A DNA stretch of 64,000 nt from Nanobdellota archaeon. Lineage in GTDB: Archaea > Nanobdellota > Nanobdellia > Pacearchaeales > GW2011-AR1. Both the position numbers and the translations under genes were made by a program. This document shows, in pieces, positions 18,461-27,250 of this stretch. The stretch spans positions 5,320-69,319 of the forward strand of contig JBBSWO010000006.1 in assembly GCA_038046245.1 (NCBI GenBank). The letters run 5' to 3'. Numbering within the stretch: the stretch's first letter is position 1; the number at the start of each line of letters is the position of its first letter. A model generated the notes under the pieces. That model saw nothing but the letters and a program-made list of their open reading frames with translations, did not search any database and was not told where the DNA came from.

Positions 18461-20746
18461 TTAGATTTGTTTCTTTTTTATCTGAGCATTCAACCATTTT
18501 TGCCATTCGGGAAAGACTCTCTCGCTTAAAGGCAGACCAATCTCCTCCCTAATTTTGGAAGAAATCTTATGAAAAGAATCGTTAGCTAAAACAGTGAACC
18601 CTGCCTCTAAAATCGCGGGGTTTTTTATTTTTTCAGCAGCATTGACAATTTCTTTTTTAATTTTAGCCCTTAGCAAAATATTGTCATAAACGGCATCCCA
18701 ATTTCCAGCCCAGCCCTTAACATTTGAAGCGACAGATTTTATTATTTCGCTGTCTCCATTAATCAAATCTTCGCTGGCTTCCAGATCATCTTTCTCGACA
18801 TTATAGTTAAGCAAGTCAACAAATCCTTTTTCTTCCAAAGGATCTTTCCTCCAATGTTTTCTGACTTCAGAGATTTGAACAAGTCTCCTAAATGAATGCA
18901 GGCCATCCGCGCTCTTTATTGGATTTGCAACAGCGATTATATCTGTTGCCTTAAAACTTGTTGCAGGTACTTCAAGATCATTCACGACTCTATCAAAAAC
19001 ACCATAAGGCGAGGCCCCATGTATAGTTCCAGCAACGACGTTCGCCAATGCCCCAACCCTCATGGCTTCGTAAAGAGCCTTAGCTTCAAGACTTCTGACT
19101 TCCCCAATTATCAGGCAAGAATCCCCAAGTCTTAGGCTAGTTCTTATTCCGTCATCTGCAGAAACCTCTGAAGTCTCCTTTAACAAGGACGATCTGACCT
19201 TCATTCTCAAAATGTCATATCCTAGTTTTCTCAAAGAATCAAAAGGCAGTTCTAAGGAATCCTCAATAACGATCACTCTGTACTTTGGAATGATTTCTAG
19301 CATTAAGCTCCCCAGCAAAGAAGTTTTTCCTGAACTTCTCGTCCCTGCAATCAGCATTGTCCTTGCTCCATCAATCAAAAAACTCAAAAGCCCTGCAGAA
19401 AATGGATTCAGCATTTTGGTTTGAACAAACAGTGGCAAAGTCCAAGGCTCATCTCTATGTCTTCTTATTGAATAGGCCAGTCCATCAGGAGAGAGAGGCC
19501 TCTGAATAATCGCAATTCTCGCTCTTATTTTTCCAATTTCAAGTTGAGTGTCCAAAATAGGATTAGCTTCATCTAAAGGTCTTCCAGAGATAACTCTAAA
19601 TTTCGCAGCCCATGAATCAGCATCTTCCTGGCTTGGAAGAATATTAGTCACACATTCATCATATTTTTGATGTCTCACAAAAATTGGCGTCTGAGGGGTA
19701 GGGGCATTAAGAGAAATATCCTGAAGATTTTTATCCTGAAGCAGAACTTCAACAACACCAAAGCCTATGGTGTGTCGAACTAAAATAGTTGCCAGCTTAT
19801 TAAGGTCCCCATAACTTAATTTTATTCTCTGATTTTGTGCTAAGTCCTGCAACAAGTCTTTAGAAATGTTGAAAAAAACCTGCCTTGTTCTTTCAGTATC
19901 GGTAAATTCTTCCGCTTTTGGCTGATGTTCTATAAGAACTCTCCTTGCAAGATTCAAAAGAAGGTTATGCTCTTCCGGAAGTGCATTTTCAGGTGGAACC
20001 AAATGATAAATAAGTTTAGCATCATCCTTTCTCCTTAAGATTGTTACAATAGATTCCTCAAAATTCTCAGGATTAATTTTATACTGGTCCACTATTTCAG
20101 CATCATCGGGAAGGTCAGAAACCAATCTTGTAAAAGTAAAGTTGGGAATGACGTCTGGCTTGAAAACTTTATGGTAAATTTCTCTGCTTCCATTCTTGTA
20201 ATTCTCAAAATAGGGAAAAAGAAATTGTATCAGTCTTGAATTCTCAAGCAGCTGGAATATCTTTTCTAAAAAATGGATATAGTTCGCCTGATCTAACTTG
20301 TAAAACGAATCGACTCTTTCGAGTAAAACTCTTGCAGAGATAAGATCTTTCTTCAATTCAAAATAAGCATAAACTGGATCTTTCTTGAGCAAAAACAAAA
20401 ACGCAAAAAGTCTGTTGTATCTTTCAGAAAAAAACTGAGGAACGTTCGTAACTAATTTGTCCTGTGAAAGGATTCTCTCTTGTTTTATCAAAAAGACATA
20501 AAGCTGAGCAGTCTCCAGAAGGAAATTGACCTCTCTCGCATCATAATTGTAGTTTTTTTGCTGCACCAAAACAACTCTTGAAACATTTGGGTTTCTTATT
20601 AAAGAGTCAACAACCCTTTCCATGACTTCTGGACTTTCAGCGACATCTGGAACAAAAGGTGCCCCAAGATAATTAATGTAAAGAACGTCTTCACCTCCTT
20701 GTCTTTTCACCTCAGTGGAGTATAATTGCGACTCTTTTGGTATCAT
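18461..20746 (-). CDS. type II/IV secretion-system ATPase (FlaI/ArlI/PilB-like) with long N-terminal extension
   Basis: Walker A AGTRSSGKTS, VIVIEDSLEL, IIGEVRSLEA blocks in C-terminal half; ~450 aa N-terminal region without motifs I recognise. Confidence 0.85.
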   Translation of the reverse strand: MIPKESQLYSTEVKRQGGEDVLYINYLGAPFVPDVAESPEVMERVVDSLIRNPNVSRVVLVQQKNYNYDAREVNFLLETAQLYVFLIKQERILSQDKLVTNVPQFFSERYNRLFAFLFLLKKDPVYAYFELKKDLISARVLLERVDSFYKLDQANYIHFLEKIFQLLENSRLIQFLFPYFENYKNGSREIYHKVFKPDVIPNFTFTRLVSDLPDDAEIVDQYKINPENFEESIVTILRRKDDAKLIYHLVPPENALPEEHNLLLNLARRVLIEHQPKAEEFTDTERTRQVFFNISKDLLQDLAQNQRIKLSYGDLNKLATILVRHTIGFGVVEVLLQDKNLQDISLNAPTPQTPIFVRHQKYDECVTNILPSQEDADSWAAKFRVISGRPLDEANPILDTQLEIGKIRARIAIIQRPLSPDGLAYSIRRHRDEPWTLPLFVQTKMLNPFSAGLLSFLIDGARTMLIAGTRSSGKTSLLGSLMLEIIPKYRVIVIEDSLELPFDSLRKLGYDILRMKVRSSLLKETSEVSADDGIRTSLRLGDSCLIIGEVRSLEAKALYEAMRVGALANVVAGTIHGASPYGVFDRVVNDLEVPATSFKATDIIAVANPIKSADGLHSFRRLVQISEVRKHWRKDPLEEKGFVDLLNYNVEKDDLEASEDLINGDSEIIKSVASNVKGWAGNWDAVYDNILLRAKIKKEIVNAAEKIKNPAILEAGFTVLANDSFHKISSKIREEIGLPLSERVFPEWQKWLNAQIKKKQI

Positions 20747-20808
20747 TGCCAGAAGAGTATTTGAAAGTTTAAATTATTTTGTGTCGGCATAAAAAACATT
20801 TTAAACTC

Positions 20809-21168
20809 ATGAATACTGACTATACAATGCCTGAAGACTATAATTTCCAATACTACACTGACATAAATCTGAAGCTAAGGGACCTTGAAGAAAAGAACAG
20901 GATATTGAAAGACAGGCTTCTCCTGATTGGGGAGAATCTTGTTGAAACAAAAGAGAACTTCACCCAGGATTTGCTGACTTTAAAAAAAGATTTTGAGGAG
21001 ATTAAATCGACATTGAACAGATTAAAGAATTTTATTGAAACAGCTTCATCAGAATTTTCTAAATTTGCAAGAAAAGAAGATCTGGAAATCCTCTCAAAAC
21101 AGGCAAGAATGTTTCAACCATTAGATTTACTAAGAAAATCAGACTTAGAAAAATTAAAAAAGAACTAA
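20809..21168 (+). CDS. coiled-coil protein, unknown function
   Basis: heptad-rich 119 aa from ATG 20809 (track start 20779 is GTG); divergent from the ATPase. Confidence 0.45.
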   Translation: MNTDYTMPEDYNFQYYTDINLKLRDLEEKNRILKDRLLLIGENLVETKENFTQDLLTLKKDFEEIKSTLNRLKNFIETASSEFSKFARKEDLEILSKQARMFQPLDLLRKSDLEKLKKN

Positions 21169-21205
21169 GTACTGATTAAATCAACAAAAAAGGCAAAAAA
21201 GAAAA

Positions 21206-21904
21206 ATGGGAGTTTTAGATTACGTGATGCAGATGAAAAATTCTGGAAATAGCGACTCTGAGATAATTAGATTTCTTCAAAATCAGGGAGTTCCTCCAAA
21301 AGAGATTCAAGACGCATTAAACCAGGCGCAAATAAAAAATGCAGTTTATGGAGAAGACATGCAGCAGTCAATAATGGATTATTCTCAGTCTCCTGAAGCT
21401 TATCCTATGCCAAATCAGGACACATATATTCCTCAGCCAAACAATCTCCCACAAAATCAGACAGCACAGCCAGTTTATCAGCCACAACAATACCCCCAAC
21501 AACCTCCACAGCAATATCAAACATACCAACAACAAGACAATACATACTATCCCCAAGAGACACAAGAGTATTATCCTCAAGAGCAAGAATATACCTCGTC
21601 CGGAACAGACACTTCAACACTTATAGAAGTCGCAGAGCAGGTGTTCTCTGACAAAATAAAAAAGATTGAAAAGCCGTTAGATTCACTAAATGAGTTCAGA
21701 GCCCTGTCAGAAACAAAATTAAAAATAATGGAAGAAAAACTGCAGAGGATAGAATCGATAATAGACAGTCTTCAGATCTCGATACTCGACAAAATCGGCT
21801 CATATGGAAGCAACCTTAATTCTATAAAGAAAGAGATGGAAATGATGCAGTCATCTTTCACCAAGATGGTAAATCCTTCAGCGGATAGAAATATCAGAAG
21901 ATAA
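21206..21904 (+). CDS. protein with small helical N-domain, Q/P/Y-rich low-complexity core and C-terminal coiled coil
   Basis: aa ~60-125 PQPNNLPQNQTAQPVYQPQQYPQQPPQQYQTYQQQDNTYYPQETQEYYPQEQEY. Confidence 0.5.
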   Translation: MGVLDYVMQMKNSGNSDSEIIRFLQNQGVPPKEIQDALNQAQIKNAVYGEDMQQSIMDYSQSPEAYPMPNQDTYIPQPNNLPQNQTAQPVYQPQQYPQQPPQQYQTYQQQDNTYYPQETQEYYPQEQEYTSSGTDTSTLIEVAEQVFSDKIKKIEKPLDSLNEFRALSETKLKIMEEKLQRIESIIDSLQISILDKIGSYGSNLNSIKKEMEMMQSSFTKMVNPSADRNIRR

Positions 21905-21924
21905 AAAATAAATTTTTCTAAAAA

Positions 21925-22506
21925 CTAATGATTATAGTGTCTGAACATTACTGGAGCATAAGGTTTCATAGGATCCTTTTTATTGCTAGAACCAACAACC
22001 ACTCCGATTATAACTAAGAATATTATCAGCCCGAGTATGACATCCCAATTCTGCTGCCACCAAGCAGATCCAATATTCCATCCTAAAGACGTTGATGTAT
22101 TGATCAATACAACGATGATTATCACTGCCCCAATAGCCAAAAGCGTCCAACCGATTCCTGGCTTTGAAGGATCAATGAATAATCCAGCAAGAATAATTAT
22201 GACTAGTATTATAGCTAATCCCACTCCCACTCTAGGAAAGACTTCTGAGAAAAATCTCGGCACAAAATCAAACTGCAACGACATTAAGCCGACAGCCAAA
22301 GCAAGAATAGAATTGATCGCTTTATTGTCCTGGAAAAGTTTCATCTGATTTAATATACCGAAGACAAGTGCAAAAATCATCAAGAAAGGAATAAGATAAC
22401 TAAAGATTCCGAACTGTTCCCATTGAAGAAGCAAGTTCCCGATTGTTCCACCATAAAACCCACTCCATGCCAAATAGCCCACCTCTATCATGCTGTTACT
22501 AAACAA
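21925..22506 (-). CDS. membrane protein (paralogue of 22645-23169)
   Basis: 5 TM; shared blocks with neighbour (FxYxIPFLxIFALxFxIL...K.F....K.xN..xALxxGL). Confidence 0.5.
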   Translation of the reverse strand: MFSNSMIEVGYLAWSGFYGGTIGNLLLQWEQFGIFSYLIPFLMIFALVFGILNQMKLFQDNKAINSILALAVGLMSLQFDFVPRFFSEVFPRVGVGLAIILVIIILAGLFIDPSKPGIGWTLLAIGAVIIIVVLINTSTSLGWNIGSAWWQQNWDVILGLIIFLVIIGVVVGSSNKKDPMKPYAPVMFRHYNH

Positions 22507-22533
22507 AATTATTTTAAATATGTTTCTATGTTT

Positions 22534-22551
22534 GGATTTTTGAAAAAATCC
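22534..22551 (-). terminator. hairpin GGATTTTT-GA-AAAAATCC with T-tract
   Basis: perfect 8-bp inverted repeat between the two paralogous membrane-protein genes. Confidence 0.3.
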
Positions 22552-22644
22552 GATTGGTTTTCTTCATATGAAATGTAAATAAAATGAATAAACAAAATAA
22601 TCACCACAACCCAGCCCTAAAAAACTTTCCATGAACATTCAGAA

Positions 22645-23169
22645 TTACTTTCCTTTTCCGCCTTTACCACTCATAAGAACAACTGCAAGCGCCGCAGCTA
22701 TCAAGACTACAAGAATGATATTGCTCCAGACATCAGTGCTCCAGCTTTGCTTGAACAAGGCATTAATAACATCGTCCCAAATTCCAGTAATCAAGAACAT
22801 AGCAATAAGAACAGCAAGGATAACAACTATTCCCGCACCAATTTTTATGCCCTTACCTTCGAATTTAGCTTCACCGCCAGTTATAAATCCCCATAGCAAA
22901 AGAACAACAAATACTATGACCAGTCCGACAGATAAGAACAAGACTAGATGCGTAACTATATATTTTGGGAAAATAGCTCCGACAAAAATTAGTCCAATAA
23001 CAAGAGCAGTGAATGCATTAACCTGCTTTTTGTCGCTTCCGAAAATTTTTGTCTTCTCGAGTATGGCGAAAGCTATGAAGAATATCAACAAAAACGGATA
23101 TATAAAATTCGTAAGAACAGGACTTTGTAAAATATTGTCTGCCATTATGTTTAAAAAATGTAAGCTCAC
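22645..23169 (-). CDS. membrane protein (paralogue of 21925-22506)
   Basis: 5 TM, GKGGKGK tail. Confidence 0.5.
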   Translation of the reverse strand: MSLHFLNIMADNILQSPVLTNFIYPFLLIFFIAFAILEKTKIFGSDKKQVNAFTALVIGLIFVGAIFPKYIVTHLVLFLSVGLVIVFVVLLLWGFITGGEAKFEGKGIKIGAGIVVILAVLIAMFLITGIWDDVINALFKQSWSTDVWSNIILVVLIAAALAVVLMSGKGGKGK

Positions 23170-23220
23170 TATTTATATCTTTTCGAATATACTAAGCTTT
23201 TAGCAAATACCTCTCTTTTG

Positions 23221-23502
23221 TTAAAGCATCTCTTCAGGAACTTCATCTATTTCAGATTCTATTGGGTTTGGAAGAGCGGTTTTGCTTATAATGAAAACAT
23301 CACTTATAGCTTTGACAAAATGGTGAGGAATTATGACTCCTCTAGCCCCGCCTATCAAAGAAGTAACAGATCCGCCAACTCTTATTCTCCAACCATCGAT
23401 CTTGTTTTCAAGAAGATTGGCTTCTTCAACCTCTCCAAAGTATTCACCTGAATCCGTAAACACCTTAAGTCCTATAACTTCACTTATTTTTCTTAATCGC
23501 AT
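23221..23502 (-). CDS. PRC-barrel domain protein
   Basis: ISEVIGLKVFTDSGEYFGEVEEANLLENKIDGWRI pattern, 93 aa. Confidence 0.65.
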   Translation of the reverse strand: MRLRKISEVIGLKVFTDSGEYFGEVEEANLLENKIDGWRIRVGGSVTSLIGGARGVIIPHHFVKAISDVFIISKTALPNPIESEIDEVPEEML

Positions 23503-23598
23503 ACAAAATTCACTATTTATTTATTTAAATACTTTTCCGTAATGCATTATAAGATATTCAATAACAAAATTTATAAAAAACTAAAAACTAGCTTTATC

Positions 23599-24225
23599 AT
23601 GATGAATGTAAAAGAAATCAGTTTTATGGTGTTGGCATCAATTGTTTTAGCATTTACGATTACACTATTGACGTCGCTGAATTCTTTTTTTACATTTCTT
23701 CTCATAGTTTTTGTGATAATTTTGATAAATGTGCTGGTGAAAAAAATCACTGCTTTTATCCTTGACTCAAGAATAGACATAAAGCTCTGGGAAATAAGCA
23801 GATATGGTTTTAAGCCTTCTCAAATGTTCAGAAAACCAATTCCAGCAGGAATCATATTTCCCTTGCTTATAGTGTTCATAACCGTAGGAAAGGTCTATTG
23901 GCTTGCTTCGCTGGTCTTTGAAGTAAAGGCGAATGTCTCAAGGACAGCGAAAAGATGGGGGACCTACGCTTTCTCCGAAATGACTGAAGGCCATATAGGG
24001 ATAATCGCCGGAGCAGGGATTTTAGCCACTTTATTCTTCGCACTGGTGGGGTACCTTCTCGGCTTTGAAAGCTTTGCAAAAATAAGCATATTCTACGCGT
24101 TCTTCAATATGCTCCCAATCTCAGAACTTGACGGGAACAAGATATTCTTCGGAAGCATTGTCTTCTGGAGTTTCCTAGCAATTTTGACCCTTATAGGATT
24201 AGGGTACGCCTTCTTGCTGATATAA
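23599..24225 (+). CDS. M50 (site-2 protease)-like membrane protein lacking a visible HExxH
   Basis: FNMLPISELDGNKIF matches the M50 LPxxPLDGG block; no HExxH found; start at MMNVKE (23599) preferred over 23542. Confidence 0.4.
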   Translation: MMNVKEISFMVLASIVLAFTITLLTSLNSFFTFLLIVFVIILINVLVKKITAFILDSRIDIKLWEISRYGFKPSQMFRKPIPAGIIFPLLIVFITVGKVYWLASLVFEVKANVSRTAKRWGTYAFSEMTEGHIGIIAGAGILATLFFALVGYLLGFESFAKISIFYAFFNMLPISELDGNKIFFGSIVFWSFLAILTLIGLGYAFLLI

Positions 24226-24226
24226 C

Positions 24227-24454
24227 ATGACAAACCAAAAATTTTTCGAGAGAAAAAGCGTTGTAGCAACATTCGGAATTCTGGCACTCTTAGGAGGATT
24301 TTATTTCTTAAATGAAAGTTATCTCACAGGAAAGGTCACAGGAAATTACGTTTCAAGTGGCTCTGGACTTTTTGACTTTTTCCCGATACTGGGATTTCTG
24401 CTTATTCTTTGTTCAGCAGTCCTGATAATTTACTCTATAGTCAGAAAAGAGTAA
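24227..24454 (+). CDS. small membrane protein
   Basis: 75 aa, two TM helices. Confidence 0.4.
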   Translation: MTNQKFFERKSVVATFGILALLGGFYFLNESYLTGKVTGNYVSSGSGLFDFFPILGFLLILCSAVLIIYSIVRKE

Positions 24455-24498
24455 TAGAAAAGAATAACCTATTTATAGTTCAATAATTTTTTTGGGAA

Positions 24499-26049
24499 AT
24501 GCTGACAAAATTTCTCGTAGGAATAGAGCCAAGGGAATACCAAAAAGCAATATATCAAACCTGTTCTGAAAAAAATTGTCTCGTTGTTCTCCCGACAGGA
24601 ATAGGCAAGACACTTATAGCGTTGATGCTGGCAGTAGAAAGGCTTCAGAAGTTTCCAGAAGACAAAGTTGTTTTTTTAGCGCCGACAAAACCATTAGCAG
24701 AACAGCATCTGAATTATTTTAAAAAACACCTTACAGAACTTTTTGCCGAGCTGCAACTTTTCACAGGATCGGTGGCTCCAATGCTAAGAAGGAAAATCTG
24801 GGAAACCACAAACATAATTTTCTCAACTCCCCAATGCATTGCAAACGATTTAAGGAATGAATTATACAATCTGAACGATGTCTGTCTCCTTGTGGAAGAT
24901 GAAGCCCACAGGTGTATAAAAAATTATGATTACAATTATATTGCAAAAAAATACACAGAAAGTTCAAAACATCCAAGGATAATTGGGCTGACTGCTTCAC
25001 CAGGGTCAGAAATTTCAAAGATAAAAGACATATGTAGAAATCTCTCCATTGAAGCTGTAGAATTAAGAACAAGAGAAAGTGAAGATGTAAAAAATTATCT
25101 TCAAGAGTTGGAGTTCGAAAAAGTCTTGATAGATTTCCCTGTAGAGCTTCAGGAACTAAGACATGTTTTAAGAAAAATCTATGATGGATACATAGAAGAA
25201 TTAAGAAGCAGAAAAGTTCTGTTTGGGCCAGCAACAAAAACAGGCCTGATTGAATTGCAGAAAAAGATTTTTGCAACGATATCTCGAGGCAATAGCAATT
25301 TCCAGTATTTGTTGGGGGCAAGTGCATGTGCTCAAGCAATCAAGTTACAGCATGCTTTAGAATTATTAGAAACCCAGACTCTTCCAAGCCTGAATAAATA
25401 TCTAAAAGCGTTATTTGAGCAGGCTGCAAAAAAACAAAGCAAGGGAGTGGTAAAACTTGTTTCAAAACAGGAGTTTAATTTTGTCTATTCAAAAGTAAAC
25501 GAACTTTTGGCAAAGGATTTTGAACATCCAAAAATGAAAATATTGAGGGATATTATAACAAATGAACAAAAATCAAATGAAAACTTCAAGATGATTGTTT
25601 TTGCGCAGTTCAGAGAAACCGCTTTGGAAATAACAAAAGGATTGAATAAAATTTCTGGAGTAAGAGCCAAGGTTTTTCTCGGACAGACAAAAAAAGCAGG
25701 TTCTGGATTAAGCCAAAAAGACCAGAAAAAAATAATTTCCGAATTTGAGCGGGGGGAAGCGAATGTTCTTTGTGCAACCTCAATTGGCGAAGAGGGATTG
25801 GATATTCCTGAAGTCAATGGGGTTATTTTTTATGAACCAGTGCCATCTGCAATAAGAGCAATCCAAAGAGCCGGAAGAACTGCCCGTTTAATGAAAGGAA
25901 AACTCATAATCCTCATAACAAAAGGTACAAGAGATGAGGCATTTTACTATGTCTCAAGGTCAAGGGAGAGAAAAATGCGAACAGCAATAAGCAGCATAAA
26001 AGAAACTTTAGGGTTGAATAATAAAACAGAAAAACAACAAAAACTATGA
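24499..26049 (+). CDS. Hef-type SF2 helicase (helicase half only)
   Basis: motif I LPTGIGKT, DEAH box (VEDEAHR), TASPG, motif VI QRAGRTAR; 516 aa, no nuclease domain. Confidence 0.8.
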   Translation: MLTKFLVGIEPREYQKAIYQTCSEKNCLVVLPTGIGKTLIALMLAVERLQKFPEDKVVFLAPTKPLAEQHLNYFKKHLTELFAELQLFTGSVAPMLRRKIWETTNIIFSTPQCIANDLRNELYNLNDVCLLVEDEAHRCIKNYDYNYIAKKYTESSKHPRIIGLTASPGSEISKIKDICRNLSIEAVELRTRESEDVKNYLQELEFEKVLIDFPVELQELRHVLRKIYDGYIEELRSRKVLFGPATKTGLIELQKKIFATISRGNSNFQYLLGASACAQAIKLQHALELLETQTLPSLNKYLKALFEQAAKKQSKGVVKLVSKQEFNFVYSKVNELLAKDFEHPKMKILRDIITNEQKSNENFKMIVFAQFRETALEITKGLNKISGVRAKVFLGQTKKAGSGLSQKDQKKIISEFERGEANVLCATSIGEEGLDIPEVNGVIFYEPVPSAIRAIQRAGRTARLMKGKLIILITKGTRDEAFYYVSRSRERKMRTAISSIKETLGLNNKTEKQQKL

Positions 26050-26576
26050 TAGTTACAATTTCTGGAAAGCAAGGAGCAGGAAAAACAAGTGTTGGTAAAG
26101 GATTGGCAAAGAAACTCAGTTACAGATTTATTTCTATAGGGGATTTGAGGGGCGAAATAGCAACGGAAAAAGGGCTTACGATAGATGAATTGAACAAGAT
26201 TGGTGAAAAAGAAGATTGGGTGCACAAAGAGGCAGACAAAAAAACTATTGAGATTGGAAAGGCTAGGGATAATTTTATAATTGAAGGGTGGATAGCCTAT
26301 TACTTTATTCCAAATTCAAAAAAGATTTTTCTCGATGTTAGTGAAAATGTGGGGGCAGAGAGAATTTTCAAAGACCAAAGGAAAGATGAGAAACATTGTA
26401 AAACGTTGGAGGAAATGAGAAAGTTGTTGGATCATAGGATGAACGAGACAGATTCACAATTCAAAAAATATTATAAAATTAATTTTTTAGACAAGTCTCA
26501 ATATGACTTGATGATTGACACAACCAATCTTTCAATAGAGGAAGTAGTAAACAAAATTTTAAAATTCTTAAAATGA
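26046..26576 (+). CDS. cmk: archaeal-type cytidylate (CMP/dCMP) kinase
   Basis: MIVTISGKQGAGKTS P-loop, 176 aa, overall pattern of archaeal cmk; ATGA overlaps on both sides. Confidence 0.7.
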   Translation: MIVTISGKQGAGKTSVGKGLAKKLSYRFISIGDLRGEIATEKGLTIDELNKIGEKEDWVHKEADKKTIEIGKARDNFIIEGWIAYYFIPNSKKIFLDVSENVGAERIFKDQRKDEKHCKTLEEMRKLLDHRMNETDSQFKKYYKINFLDKSQYDLMIDTTNLSIEEVVNKILKFLK

Positions 26577-27250
26577 CATCAAAATTCCTGGATATCTTCT
26601 CAAAAAGACCAGAAAAAATAATAAAAGAACCGATAAAAGTCACGGCAGATTACAGAGAGAAAAACTCCCTAGTCATATCAGAACTTATTTCTTTAGGGGC
26701 AGATGTTGAGGTCAAGGAATTGAAAGTCGCGGACTATATAGTTAACAACGTCGCTATAGAAAGAAAAACAGTCTCAGATTTTGTTTCTTCAATGATCAAT
26801 AAAAGACTTGTAAAACAGCTAGAAGAACTGGAGCAGTATGCAAGTAAACTTCTTATCATAGAGGGAATAGATGAAAAAGATCTGTACAATGATGAAGCAG
26901 AGGGAGTTAATGGAAATGCGATAAGGGGTTTTTTGCTTTCTATAGTTTTAAGACACAAAGTCCCAATAATTTTTTCAAAGAATTCGGAGGATACTGCAAA
27001 ATTTATTTTTCTGTTGGCGAAAAAGAAAGAAACAGAGATATCTTTGAACGCCAAGAAAAAATCATTCAATAAAAAAGAGCAGATGCAATTTATTCTTGAA
27101 GGTTTTCCAGGAATAGGCCCAAAAACCGCAAAAAAAATTCTTAATGAATACAAAACTTTGCACGCCGTTTTTAGCGCGCCTTTAGAAGAACTTCAGGAAC
27201 TAATAGGAAAAAAAGCAGAGATATTCAAGATTCTCGATGAGAAGTATTAG
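26573..27250 (+). CDS. ERCC4/XPF-type nuclease with C-terminal HhH2 (nuclease half of Hef)
   Basis: ADYREKNS, VADYIV..VAIERKTVSDF (GDxnERKx3D-type), GFPGIGPKTAKKIL HhH. Confidence 0.8.
   Translation: MTSKFLDIFSKRPEKIIKEPIKVTADYREKNSLVISELISLGADVEVKELKVADYIVNNVAIERKTVSDFVSSMINKRLVKQLEELEQYASKLLIIEGIDEKDLYNDEAEGVNGNAIRGFLLSIVLRHKVPIIFSKNSEDTAKFIFLLAKKKETEISLNAKKKSFNKKEQMQFILEGFPGIGPKTAKKILNEYKTLHAVFSAPLEELQELIGKKAEIFKILDEKY

Noticed and set aside
20779-20808. GTG start for the 129-aa coiled-coil ORF
   Set aside because: The TATA-like TTTAAATTATTTT lies at about 20768. The ATG at 20809 fits the usual promoter-to-start distance better.
22631-23203. Long antisense ORFs opposite confirmed genes (this one; also 5584-6081, 33846-34229, 38005-38256, 39687-39935, 60952-61335, 61649-62035, 24761-25339 and others)
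   Set aside because: They are shadow ORFs typical of AT-rich genomes. The opposite-strand genes carry clear motifs, while these have odd composition (Ser/Phe/Ile-rich) and no signals.
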